Source: a plasmid
Strand: one strand, 5' to 3'
Sequence record: NZ_CP035507.1
Length of the DNA stretch: 64,000 nucleotides
Below are positions 45,956 to 57,700 of this stretch, piece by piece; position 1 is the first letter of the stretch; every line of letters begins with the position of its first letter. The notes beneath the pieces are model-generated. The model had not been told where the DNA came from, searched no databases, and was given only the letters and a program-made list of their open reading frames with translations. The position numbers and the translations under genes were made by a program.

Positions 45956-48900
45956 ATGGACCTGATCGGGATCGAAAACGAAGCCGAGTTCTTCCCGTCC
46001 GGGACCCTTTCGGACGTGCTGAAGGAGGAGCTTCAGGACATCACCGCCCGCTGGGCCGGTCTGGACCGGGCCGCCCATCCGGTCGAGCGGCTGGCCCGCG
46101 TCGCCGGCCCGACCGTCGAGGCGCTGCGCCAGGTGCGTAACAGTTCGGATCGGTCCCGGCGCGCCGAACTGGTCAGGGACGCGCACCACGACGTGCTGAC
46201 CGCCCTCGGCTACGTGTGGCGGCGCGAGGGGGCCTACACGGCTCTCGACGGGGCGCCGGTAATCCCACTCGTGTCCCGCGCAGCAGATACCAGCGGTCGT
46301 GATGCGCTCTGGGTGATCGAGGCGCCGATCCCGGCCCCGGAGGACGAGGCGTCGGACCCGCTGGGGACCTGCTTCACGGAGGAGCAGCTTCCACCGGACC
46401 AGCGCGAGGCAGCCCTGACCGACCGGACCATCGAGTCCGTCCTCGCCGAGGGGGTGTTCGAGCTGTCCGACGGCCCTCGTCACGTGCTTGTCCTCGGCCT
46501 GTCGCAGATCGTGCTGATCGACAAGAGGAAATGGCCGGCCCGGTCCGTCCTCCGGTTCGACCTTCAAGAAATCTTCGCCCGGGCGGACCGGGACACGCTC
46601 ACCGTGATGGCCTGCCTGATCTCCCGAGAGGCGCGCGTCCCGGATCAGGGGGCGCCGATCTCGGATCGGCTCGAGGAGGAGGCGCAGCGGAACGCAAACG
46701 CAGTCACGACCTCCCTGAAGCGAACCGTCCGGGACGCGATCGAGCTGCTCGGCCAGGAGGTGATTGCGGTCACCGGCGGGAAGTACCCGTCCAGCTTCCC
46801 GGACCCGGCCCGGCGCGGGGTCTGGATCGACGGGCCGGAATTGTCGCGCGAATGCCTGCGTTACATGTACCGGCTGTTGTTCCTGTTCTACGCGGAGGCG
46901 AACCCCCGTCTGAACCTGCTCGACATGCGGAACCCGATCTACGCGACCGGATATTCGCTTGAGGCGCTGCGAGAACTGGAATCCGTTCCGCTCCGGACCA
47001 CGGCGGACCGGGAGGGGACGTTCCTCTGGGAAAGCCTTCAGCGGACCCTCGACCTCCTCTACACTGGGCTCGACCTCGCCGATGAGGAACGGGGGTCCGG
47101 TCTTCGCCTACCGGCCGTGAAGGTTTCCCTGCTCGACCCGGAGAGCACGCCACTCCTGAACGGGCTGCGGCTGCGGAACGAGGCAGTTCAACAGGTGATC
47201 CGCCTGCTGTCGCTCCGGTCCACCGGCAAGAGCACGGGCCGGATATCTTACGCGAAGCTTGGGATCGGCCAGTTGGGCGCGGTCTATGAGACCCTGATTT
47301 CGTTCACCGGAGTGGTCGCCAAGACCGACCTCATCGAGCTGAAACCCCGGAAGGGCCGGTCGAATGACGCGGCCGAGGACGGGGAGGAGGCCGAAGCCAC
47401 CGAACCGGAAGAGGACGGCGAGGAGGACCTGTTCGGTGAGGAAGAGGCCGAACAGGAGGACGCGTTCCGCCGTGATAAGGTGGACAAGCTGGCGCCCAGC
47501 TGGTTCGTCCCCCGCAGCCGGATCAACGAATTCGCCCCGGAAGAGATCGTCTTCAACGGGTCCGAGGCGCTCGTCTATGAAAAGGGGACCTTCATCTACC
47601 GCCTCGCCGGCCGGGACCGGGAGAAGTCCGCCTCCTACTACACGCCCGAACCCCTCGCCCGGTTGCTGGTCAAGCACGCGCTGATGGAGCGGTGCCGGGA
47701 CCTGACCGCCGATCAGCTTCTGGACCTGAAGATCCTCGAACCCGCGATGGGCTCTGCGGCCTTCCTCGTGGAGACCACGAACCAGCTGGCCGACCTCTAC
47801 CTCGAGCGGAAACAGAAGGCGACGGGCCGGACCATCCCGCAGGAGGACATCGTCCTCGAGAAGCAGCGGGTCCGGGCCTACATCGCAGACCGGAACTGCT
47901 TCGGGGTAGACCTCAACCCGATCGCCGTCGAACTGGGGGCGATCTCGCTGTGGCTGAACAGCCTGCACGGGAGCGAGTTCTCGCCCTGGTTCGGGGACCA
48001 GCTTCACGCCGGGAACTCCCTGATCGGCGCGCGCCGGGCCGCCTATGCCCCCGCGCTTCTCAGCGCCAAGGCGCAGGGCGACCTGTGGTTCAACGGGAAG
48101 CCCGATGAGATCGGCTGGCGCAAACGCCTGCCGGACGGGCACGTCTGGCAGTGGCTCCTCCCCGCCAAGGACATGGCGAACTTCGACAAGGACAAGTCGA
48201 TCGCCCCCTTCGCGAAATCCGCGCAGGATCAGATCAAGGCGTGGCGCAAGGACGGCTTCTTCAAGAAGCTCGAACCCCACGAGATCAAGCTGGTCCAGAA
48301 GCTCAGCCGGGTCGCCGAGGCGCTGTTCGAGCAGGTGGCCGAGGACCTCGCCAAGACGCGCGCAGCCGCGAATGACGAGATCACGCTCTGGCCGAACAAG
48401 GTCATGCCGGGGAACAAGCGGCTAGACTTCCACGAAAAGGCTCGCCTGAACGCCCACCTGACCGGGGCTGACCACGCGACCAACACGCTCCCCTACAAGC
48501 GGCTGAAAACAGCGATGGACGCGTGGTGCGCCCTCTGGCTCTGGCCGCTGGACAAGGCGGACCTTCTGCCCGGCCGGGCGGAGTTCCTTCAGGGGATGGC
48601 GATGATCCTTGAGGGCGGGTTCACCGCTGACGGATCGCTGGCCGCGCCGAGCGTGTCGGAGTTCGCCGATCCGGCCCCGGACTTCCTCGACCTGCTGGAA
48701 CCCGACGCCCCCGCCCGCGACCTGTTCAAGGCCGCCGCCAAGCGGCAGGACGGGCTGTTCCGGGAAACGAATGTCGAGGCGCTGATCGAGAATTTCGACT
48801 GGCTGAAGACGGCGGTCGAGGTGGCCGAGCGCGAGCGCTTCGTGCATTTCGACCTGATCTTCGCCGACGTGATGAAGGCGCGCGGCGGCTTTGACGTCAT

Positions 48901-50908
48901 CGTCGGAAACCCGCCCTGGGCCAAGCCCTCGTGGAACGAGGGGCTGGTGTTGGCGGATATCGACCCGCTTCATGCGGGGCTGTCGGCGTCGGACGCGAAG
49001 AAGGTCCTGCCCGAGGCGCTGCCTAAGGCCCCGCCCGTGCGGCGCGAGGGGAGGACGGTTCCGGCCGTCGAGGCGTTCCTACAGGATTTCGTGTCGACTC
49101 GGGGGGCGATGGAGGTAACTTCGTCCGAGGTGATGAACCCCTTTGCCGGGGGCGGGTCGAACAACCTCTATCGCTGCTTCATCGACCTGTCGTTCCGGTT
49201 GGTCGCGCAGCAGGGTTATGCGGCGCTGATCCATCAGGACGGGCATCTGGGCGACCCGAAGTCGGGGGTGTTCCGGCGGCACTGGTATGCGCGGATCGCG
49301 AAGCATTTCGAATTCATCAACCGGATGAAATCGCGGAACTTCATGGAGGTTGATCACAACGTCAGATTCAGCCTGAACATCTATCGCGGCGAGCAGCGCG
49401 CGCCAGATTTCGAGAAATTCACTTACGCCTTCACAGCCGCACAGGTCGAAGATTCGTATGCGGATCAGGACGGGATCGGCCCGGTCCCCAGTATCAAGAA
49501 TTCAGAAGGGAACTGGGACACCCGCGGCCATCGTGACCGCGTGATGCGGATCGACCGCGATGCGCTGGCGGTGATCCATGCCCTTTCTGAAGATGAGACG
49601 GTCGCGGTTGAAGAGGCCCGGTTCATTCAGCCTTATTCGGCCCGAACCCTGGACGTCTTCCGCCAGATGGCGCGGTTTCCAAAACTCGACGCCGCGATCC
49701 CACGGATCGAGCGTTCGGTGAGCGCGGGTGCTGGAGAGCGGATAATTGAAATTCCGTTGTGGCAACAGTCGCCCCACTGGCATGAAACGGCTGCCCAAAA
49801 AGACGGGACAATCCGGCGTGAGACTGGCTTCCGAGCAGCGGATCAGATGATACTTCAGGGACCGCTGTTTCACGTCGGGAACCCGATTTACAAGACGCCC
49901 AAGGCGATCTCACGGACAAATGCGGATTACCTCGTTGTCGACCTGACCACCGCGCCTGAAGACTATCTGCCGCGCACGAATTACGGTCCGGCGCTGGAGA
50001 TGAAAGATTACCGGAGCCGGATGACCCAGTGCCGCTGGGACCCGACGAAAGGCCACGCCGATTTCTATCGCGTGGCGTTTCGGAACATGATTGCTCTAAA
50101 CGGAGAGCGCAGCTTGATCGGTGCGATGATCCCGCCGGGCGCGGCGCACATACACAAGGTTGAAAGCATCGCTTGTGCGGACGTTTCAGTTTCTCTCGCA
50201 ATACACTCGTTCGCTTGTTCGATCCCGTTCGACTATTTGGTCAAGGCAAACGGACGCGGTGATCTTTTTGCCTCTGATATAGGCCGATGGCCGTTTCCAG
50301 AACTGGAGGATACCGCCAGGCACCGCTCCCTGCGACTCGCCTGTATCACCTCGGCCTACGCCGACCTCTGGAACTGCCACGCTACCACACTTGATGTCCT
50401 CCCGTGGTCCTCCCCTGACCCCCGACTCCACCTCGAAGGTCCGGTCGAAGGCCCGGTCACTTGGGACCGAACCGCAGGCCTCCGGACCGAATTCGCCCGC
50501 CGCATGGCGCTTGTCGAGATTGACGTGCTGGTCGCGCAGGCGCTCGGCCTGACCCTCGACCAGTTGATCGAGATCTATCGGATCTACTTCCCGGTCCTTC
50601 AGGAGAACGAGGCGGGCACCTGGTATGACCAGAAGGGCCGGATCGTCTGGACCTGCTCCAAGGGCCTGCCCGGCGTCGGCTGGCTCGACGACCGCGGCAA
50701 AAGCCCCGGCCGCGCCGCCTGGGAGCGTATCCTCGCCGACAACCCGACGGAACTGACCTGCACCGCCATCGACGACACGATGCCCGGCGGCCCCCGCACC
50801 GTCACCCGCCACTTCGTCGGCCCCTTCACCCGGTGCGACCGGATCGAGGACTACCGCCGCGCCTGGGCCCATTTCGAGCGGCTGAAATCCGAAGAGGCCG
50901 CTGAATGA
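45956..50908 (+). CDS. giant N6-adenine DNA methyltransferase (Eco57I/PglX/DrmMI-like), ~1650 aa
   Basis: Motif I LKILEPAMGSAAFLV. Motif IV VIVGNPPWAKP. Starts 5 nt after the SNF2 stop. Confidence 0.75.
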   Translation: MDLIGIENEAEFFPSGTLSDVLKEELQDITARWAGLDRAAHPVERLARVAGPTVEALRQVRNSSDRSRRAELVRDAHHDVLTALGYVWRREGAYTALDGAPVIPLVSRAADTSGRDALWVIEAPIPAPEDEASDPLGTCFTEEQLPPDQREAALTDRTIESVLAEGVFELSDGPRHVLVLGLSQIVLIDKRKWPARSVLRFDLQEIFARADRDTLTVMACLISREARVPDQGAPISDRLEEEAQRNANAVTTSLKRTVRDAIELLGQEVIAVTGGKYPSSFPDPARRGVWIDGPELSRECLRYMYRLLFLFYAEANPRLNLLDMRNPIYATGYSLEALRELESVPLRTTADREGTFLWESLQRTLDLLYTGLDLADEERGSGLRLPAVKVSLLDPESTPLLNGLRLRNEAVQQVIRLLSLRSTGKSTGRISYAKLGIGQLGAVYETLISFTGVVAKTDLIELKPRKGRSNDAAEDGEEAEATEPEEDGEEDLFGEEEAEQEDAFRRDKVDKLAPSWFVPRSRINEFAPEEIVFNGSEALVYEKGTFIYRLAGRDREKSASYYTPEPLARLLVKHALMERCRDLTADQLLDLKILEPAMGSAAFLVETTNQLADLYLERKQKATGRTIPQEDIVLEKQRVRAYIADRNCFGVDLNPIAVELGAISLWLNSLHGSEFSPWFGDQLHAGNSLIGARRAAYAPALLSAKAQGDLWFNGKPDEIGWRKRLPDGHVWQWLLPAKDMANFDKDKSIAPFAKSAQDQIKAWRKDGFFKKLEPHEIKLVQKLSRVAEALFEQVAEDLAKTRAAANDEITLWPNKVMPGNKRLDFHEKARLNAHLTGADHATNTLPYKRLKTAMDAWCALWLWPLDKADLLPGRAEFLQGMAMILEGGFTADGSLAAPSVSEFADPAPDFLDLLEPDAPARDLFKAAAKRQDGLFRETNVEALIENFDWLKTAVEVAERERFVHFDLIFADVMKARGGFDVIVGNPPWAKPSWNEGLVLADIDPLHAGLSASDAKKVLPEALPKAPPVRREGRTVPAVEAFLQDFVSTRGAMEVTSSEVMNPFAGGGSNNLYRCFIDLSFRLVAQQGYAALIHQDGHLGDPKSGVFRRHWYARIAKHFEFINRMKSRNFMEVDHNVRFSLNIYRGEQRAPDFEKFTYAFTAAQVEDSYADQDGIGPVPSIKNSEGNWDTRGHRDRVMRIDRDALAVIHALSEDETVAVEEARFIQPYSARTLDVFRQMARFPKLDAAIPRIERSVSAGAGERIIEIPLWQQSPHWHETAAQKDGTIRRETGFRAADQMILQGPLFHVGNPIYKTPKAISRTNADYLVVDLTTAPEDYLPRTNYGPALEMKDYRSRMTQCRWDPTKGHADFYRVAFRNMIALNGERSLIGAMIPPGAAHIHKVESIACADVSVSLAIHSFACSIPFDYLVKANGRGDLFASDIGRWPFPELEDTARHRSLRLACITSAYADLWNCHATTLDVLPWSSPDPRLHLEGPVEGPVTWDRTAGLRTEFARRMALVEIDVLVAQALGLTLDQLIEIYRIYFPVLQENEAGTWYDQKGRIVWTCSKGLPGVGWLDDRGKSPGRAAWERILADNPTELTCTAIDDTMPGGPRTVTRHFVGPFTRCDRIEDYRRAWAHFERLKSEEAAE

Positions 50909-51753
50909 CGGGGCGGCAGGGCGAACTTCCCTTCGAGGAAGGGATCGACGCGATCCTGCGCGATACGGCGGACCGGATCGACGAGCTTTACCGCGCCGCC
51001 AGCGAACCAGGCGCCCGCCCGCCGTGGGTGGACCTGTTCGACAGGATCGCGGGTCAAACCCACATGGCCCCGTTCAACCTGATGCTGGCCGACCTCCAGC
51101 GCCCGGGCGCGCGCTACATTGCGTTCCCCGACAAATGGCGGGAGATTGGACGGACGGTGAAACCGGCTTCGATCCCGATCGTCGTCCTGTGGCCGTTCTG
51201 CCCGGTGCGCTGCGCCTATGAACTGGCGGATACAACCGGGGACCCGGTCGACGACGCCCTTCTGGACAAGGTCTTCGGCGAGCCCGTCGAGGTTCGGGAT
51301 GGCCTCATCGACCGTGTAGCGCGCCGCGCCCTGAAGGAGGACCGGATCGACGTGAAATCGGTGAGCCTCGCCTCTACCCTTGCCGGTGATGCCCGCGCGG
51401 TTCCGGTGGATCCGACGGCCAAGGGTAAACCCATAGGACCGGGCTGGGTCGTCCGGGTCAACTCGAACCTCAATACGAACGCGCAATTCACAACGCTCGT
51501 CCACGAACTGGGCCATGTCTACCTCGGCCATCTGGGCGGGAACGGGAAGAAGTGGCCGGATCGGCGGCCCCCTCAATTGGATGTACGGGAGTTCGAAGCA
51601 GAGGCGGTGACATACATCGTCTGCAAGCGATTTGGCTTGCAGTCGAACTCGGCTGAATATCTGAATGGTTATTTGAAAGAGAAAACCATTGAATTTGTAA
51701 GTCATTCTGCGATCGCACGGGCTGCGGGAAGGATTGAACAACATGCCCGTTAG
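50905..51753 (+). CDS. HExxH zinc metallopeptidase (ImmA/IrrE-like) embedded in the defence operon
   Basis: HELGHVYLGH motif. ATGA overlap with the MTase stop. SD gaagagg. Confidence 0.55.
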   Translation: MTGRQGELPFEEGIDAILRDTADRIDELYRAASEPGARPPWVDLFDRIAGQTHMAPFNLMLADLQRPGARYIAFPDKWREIGRTVKPASIPIVVLWPFCPVRCAYELADTTGDPVDDALLDKVFGEPVEVRDGLIDRVARRALKEDRIDVKSVSLASTLAGDARAVPVDPTAKGKPIGPGWVVRVNSNLNTNAQFTTLVHELGHVYLGHLGGNGKKWPDRRPPQLDVREFEAEAVTYIVCKRFGLQSNSAEYLNGYLKEKTIEFVSHSAIARAAGRIEQHAR

Positions 51754-51779
51754 TGCAGGTTTGGCGGAGTGATGACAGT

Positions 51780-54700
51780 ATGAACCCGATCCTCCTCGCC
51801 CGTCATGTGCAGGACAGCCTGCGCGAACTGGTCCACACGACGCTGAACAGCACCAGCCCCGCCTTTGAGGGAATGGTGGACCGGTTCATCACCGAGCCCG
51901 CGAACTTCCTGAAGGGGCCGTGGATCTCGGTCGACATGCCGTTCCGGCAGATCGACGGGGCGAAGGAGGGGACGTGGGCGCAGCCCTTCCCGGAGGTTCC
52001 GCTGAAATTCGCGCCCTACCAGCACCAGACGGACGCCTTTGCCCGGCTGAGCGGGACGGCGATGCGCTCGACCCTGGTCGCGACCGGGACCGGGTCGGGG
52101 AAAACTGAATCCTACCTGTGGCCGATCCTGGACCACTGTCGGCGGAACAAGGGGAAGCCCGGGATCAAGGCGATCCTGATCTACCCGATGAACGCGCTGG
52201 CGACGGACCAGGCGCGCCGCATTGCGGATGCGCTGACCCGGATCCCGTCGCTGAACGGGGTGCGGGCCGGGATCTATGCGGACGCGGAGCCGCAGAACCC
52301 GGCGCATGAGGTGACCGAGGACAGCGTGATCACGCATCGCGAGACGATGCGGAAGAACCCGCCGGACATCCTGCTCACGAACTACAAGATGTTGGATTAC
52401 CTGCTTCTACGCGGCCGGGACAAGCCGCTCTGGGCGCAGAACGACCCGGAAACGCTCCGGTTTCTGGTGGTCGACGAGATGCACACCTTCGACGGGGCGC
52501 AGGGGGCGGACCTGGCCCTGCTGCTGCGCCGCCTGAAGTACCGGCTGAACACCCCGGAAGGACACCTGATCTGCGTGGGGTCGTCGGCAACGCTTGGCTC
52601 CGGGGAAGAGGCGGCGACGGACTTGCGCCAATACGCCGAGACAATCTTCGGCGAGCCGTTCGACGCGGGCGCGGTGGTCCGGGAGACCCGGAAATCCCCC
52701 AACGAGGTGTTCGGCGACGCGGAGTATCTGGACCGGCCGGATCCCGCCGATATCCACGGCGCCTTGAGAGCGGCGACGGAAATGGACCAGCCGGGTGCCG
52801 CGCGACGGCTCGCTGTCTGTCTGTTCCCGGATCGGACCGACCCCGACCTCGCCTTTCTGGACACAGGTGATCCAGCGGACCCGGCTTGGCGGATCGCACT
52901 CGGGGACCGGCTTGTCCAGCATCACCTGTGTCAGCGGACCCTGAAGATCATCGCCGAGCACAAGGGACCCGCTTCGCTTGAGGCGATTGCGGCTGGGCTG
53001 GGACAAGTCCGGGTCCTTCGTGACTGGCCCGAGGCAGACCTGACTGCGCTCGCCGAGCTGGTCGTAGGGCTGGTCGCCTGGGCCCGGTCCGGGTCGGCTG
53101 AGAGCCCGCGCCCTCTATTCAACGTCAGGCTCCAGCTCTGGATCCGGGAGATGGCCCGGATGGTGACAACCCTGCCGCGACTCGAGGCGGGCGGGGTCCG
53201 TTCACAGATCGACCTTTTCCATGAAATGGACCTGGAAAGGGACCAGCTTTGCCGGGCCCTTCCGGTCGTGAACTGCAACCGGTGCGGGGCGACCGCGCAT
53301 CTCGGACGGCAGGACGCCCGGTCGAAGTCGCTACATGCGGACCTGGAGCAGCTCTACCAGGAGTTCTTCGACGAGAACGGGGCGGACCGGATCCGGCTCA
53401 TCTATCACGAGTCGATCGACCGGATGGTCCCGGCCAGCGGCGCCGGTGGTCAGATCGTGAAGGGGGTCCTGAACGCGGAAACGGTCGAGTTCACCCCGGC
53501 CGATCACAAGGATCTCGGCCCGGGACCGGCCTCACAGGTCTGGTTGTACAACCCGACCGACGCGAACGGACGGATCGACCGGACCTGCCCTGCCTGCGGG
53601 CAGGCGCGCGGGCTTCTCCTCTTCGGGATGCGGGCGGCGCGTTTGACGACCGGCATCACCGGTACCCTTTACACCTCCGAACAGAACGAAGAGAGCCCCG
53701 AGGCAAAACCGCGCTTCCTGATGTTCTCGGATTCGGTTCAGGACGCGGCGCACCGGGCGGCGGTGGCCGAAACCCGGAACGCACTGTCGGTCTACCAGAA
53801 GGCACTCTACGGGGCGCTTCGGTCCGCGGAAACGGGCGCGATGAGCCTGAAAGAGGTGATCGAGGACGTCCCGCGCGCCCAGTTGAACGACCTCGGCCCG
53901 GACGGGTTCACAGCGCTGTTCATCCCGAAGGAGTTGACCTGGCGGCGGCGCTACCGGGAGCTGGTCGAAAGCGGGGCCACCATCACCGACCCGGTGTTTC
54001 TCGACCATATCCGGATCCGGCTCGGCTGGGAGTATTTCGTCGACCTGAGCTACAGGGCGCATTTCAACCACACGCTTGAATTGAACGGCATGGCGGCGGC
54101 GGATGTGCCCACGGATCTGCTGCGCCTGTCCGCGGAGCGGCTGGCACGGGAGCTGCGAAACGATCTGCCGGGCGCGCCGGAGTTCGACCCGGCCCTTCTG
54201 ACCCGGCTCCTCGCCGGGGTGACGCAGCGGATGCGGCGGCAGGGGTCCGTGGCGCACCCCTATCTCGAGAGCGCGATCGCGAACGGGAAAGGGAACTACG
54301 GGCTGAACTGGTACGCGGCCGCCATCCAGGTGGGCGTGGGGAAGACCGGTTCCCTGCCAAGCCCGGACAGCCGGCGGGGCCTCGCGCCGATCCCGGTGAC
54401 CCTCGGCGCCGCCCCGACCGGGTTTGAGAAGATCACCCGGACCGGCCCCGCGAGCTGGTACCGGGACTGGCTGTTCCGGCTGATCGGACCGTCCGACCTG
54501 CGCTACGGCGCGGACCCTGACGCGATCTATCCGCTCCTCCTGCGCCGACTTGAGGCCGACGACATCGTCCGACGCGTGAACGGGCCCGAGGGGCAGAACC
54601 GGCATGCCTGGCTTCTCGTGCCGGAACGGGTCACCGTCTCCACCGCGACGATCGGGCTGTGCTGCGACTTGTGCGGTCGGCGCGAGACCGGGCTTTCGGA

Positions 54701-57700
54701 AAACGCAGGTGTCCTGATCGGCTCCCCCTGTACGCGGATCGGTTGTGACGGGCACCTAGCAGCGGTTGAGCAGGCTGACCGGCCCGCCCTGCGCCGCGCC
54801 CTTCGCTCGGACCGAAACCACCGGGTGGTGGCGCGAGAACATACCGGCATCCTCGAAACGGATGAGCGGCTGCGGATCGAGACCGGGTTCATCAAGAGCG
54901 AAACCCGCTGGGCCCCGAACCTGATCTCGGCCACTCCGACCCTGGAGATGGGGATCGATATCGGGGACCTGTCCACCCTGCTTCTGAGCTCGGTCCCCCC
55001 GGAGGAGGCGAATTACGTCCAGCGGATGGGGCGGAGCGGGCGGCGCGACGGGAACGCGCTGAACATTGTGCTGGCGAATGCGCGTGCCCATGACCTCCAG
55101 TTCTGGGAAGACCCAACCCCGATGCTGGCAGGCCAGGTCCGGCCGCCGGGCGTGTTCCTCGCGGCCGAAGAGGTGCTGCTTCGTCAGGTGACCGCCTATA
55201 CCCTCGACGCCTATGTCGCGGCCACGAAGGAGAGCGGGGATTACGGGAAGGTCCGGGACGTGCTGAAACGCCGGGCCTCCGGCGCGACCGAAGGGTTCCC
55301 GGTTGAGTGGCTTGAACTGGTTCGCGAAACCGGGCCGGAACTGGCAGACCGGTTCCTGTCTGGCCTGCCGCAAGAGGTGCAGGACCGGACGGATCTGGCC
55401 GACCGGATCCGATCTTACCTGACCGGAACGGACCCGAAATCGATCGGCTGGCGCGTCGGGGAGGCCTTCGACGGAGCTGCCACCGAACGGGCCCGGCTGG
55501 TGGAAAAGCGCGAGGAAGCGACCAAGGAACTTGGTCGGCTCAAGAAGCGCCGGGCCGAGCTGACCGATGAAGAATATGAGCGTCGTGAACAGGACCTGAC
55601 CCGGGACCGGACCGAGATCAACCGTCTGATCCGAAGCGGGATCGACGATGTGCCGGTGATCAAGTTTCTGACCGACAAGGGAATCTTGCCGAACTACGCC
55701 TTCCCCGAAGAAGGGGTGAAGCTGACGTCGATCCTGTCGCGGCGCAACGATGGCGCGACAGCACGGGACGAGGACGGGCTTCTGCACGTCGAATACTCCC
55801 GGCCCGCCAGCTCCGCCCTGTCGGAATTCGCGCCGGGCCAGTTCTTCTACGCCAACGGGCGCCAGGTGCAGATCGACCGGATCGAGATCGGCAAGGAAGA
55901 TTTGGCCCGCTGGACCTTTTGCCCAGCCTGTTCGCATGTCGCGCACCGGATTGAGGGCGCCGAGACCCGCACCTGCCCGCAATGCGGGGACGAGATGTGG
56001 TCGGATAGCGGCTCCGCGCATGACGTGGTCCAGCTCAAGTCTGTCATCGCGATCGACAGCGAGGAAAAGGCGGCGATCCGGGACGGGGATCAGCGGGACC
56101 AGCGTCAGTTCGACCGGGTTCTCATGCCCTTCCATGGACCGGAAGACATCGCCGCCTCCTGGTTCACCAGCCGGGAGAACGGTGCCCCGTTCGGGTTTGA
56201 ATTCCTGCCCAGTTGCACGTTCCGCGACTTCAACTTCGGGACGAAGTCCACCCTCCCCGGGCCGCGGATCGCGGGCGAGCGTCGGCCCGCACAGCCGTTC
56301 CGGATCTGTCGCCACTGCGGGTCCCTTCAGGGTCCCCCACGCGGCGAGGACGATCGCGGAACGCACCCGCCGAACTGTCTTGTCATGCGGGATGAGGACC
56401 TGCTTCGCGAGCAGTGGGAAACCGGCGTGTTCCTGATGCGAAAGTTCGACACGGAGGCGATCCGGATCGTGATCCCGGTGGTCGGGGACGCGGATGATGA
56501 TGACCTGAAAAGCTTCGTCGCGGCGATCAACCTCGGGATGCGGCGTCACTTCGCGGGGAAGGTCGACCATATCCGGTCCACCATCTTCCAGGCGCAGCTG
56601 AACGGAATGACCACGGTTCGCAGCCTTTACCTCTACGATTCCGTGCCGGGCGGATCAGGCTATCTGCGTCAGATCGCGGAACATCCGAACACGATGCGCG
56701 AGGTTGTCAGCCGCGCGGCGGAGGCGCTCCGGGACTGCCCCTGCAACCAGGAGCCGGACCGGAACGGGTGCTTCCGCTGTGTGAAGCCCTACCGGTCACA
56801 GTTCGGGCCCGGCGAGCCAGATCGGGACCGGGCGCGGCAGATGATGGAGGCGATCCTCGAGAAATGGGACAGCCTGACCCAGACCGAGACCGGGATCGAC
56901 GCGTCAATTCGGGGCGCGCTGGTCGAGAGCGTGCTGGAGAAGCGGTTGCTGCGCGCCCTTTCCGGCTTCTATGGAGACGGGGCGCTGACGCCGCAGGTGC
57001 TGCCGGGTGGACGGCGTGGGTTCGTCCTGCGCGCGGGTCGGCCGGACGCGCCGCGCCTCTGGACGATCGAGCCGCAGGTGCAGATTGACGCGCGGTTCCG
57101 GGGCCTGCCCCGCAAGCGTGTCGACTTCCTGCTCACCCCGGTTGGCCGCAGCAGCGGCCTGCCGATCGTCATCGAAATGGACGGGATCGAGTATCACGCG
57201 GGTACGGTCGCCCAGGACCTGTTGGACCGGATGTTGATGATCAGGTCCGGGCAGGTGCGGGTCTGGACCCTGTCCTGGCGCGATCTTGACCCGGAGGACA
57301 AGGGCTACCTGAACCCGCTCTCTGAAACCGCCCTCGGGGCGCAGATGACCGGGCCCCTTGGGCGTGCGCTGGCGCATCCGCTGCTCGCCCCACATGCAGA
57401 GGCGGTCCGGACGCTTCAGACAATCAGCACGCTCGATGCACTGAGGCGCCTTCTGGACGGGGATGCGGACGGGGATGCGGTGATCCGGTCCGTCCTGATC
57501 CGGGGCCTCGTGAAGGGCGGTCGCCCCATCGACCAGCTTCCCCGGCAGGCGGCCCTTTCAGAGGCGGGGCGCCTGTTTCTCTCCGGTACACAGGCGGTGG
57601 AACAGGTCGGGGTCGGGGCGCTCGATCTCTATCTGGCCTGTGAGAAGATCTCGCCCACCGAATGGGCCCAATCGGTTCGCGACCTTCGTCTTCTCCTGCG

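Noticed and set aside
47108-48280. 390-aa minus-strand ORF inside the giant MTase gene. Similar ORFs lie at 53532-54755 and 54756-56570 inside the giant helicase gene
   Set aside because: Antisense to genes with multiple ordered catalytic motifs. High-GC artefacts.
45956-50908. Giant MTase considered as BREX PglX
   Set aside because: No PglZ, BrxC/PglY, BrxL or BrxA/B homologs are seen in or near the operon. The SNF2 plus DEAD/Zn-ribbon helicase partners fit DISARM class 1 better. It stays a possibility until profile searches are run.
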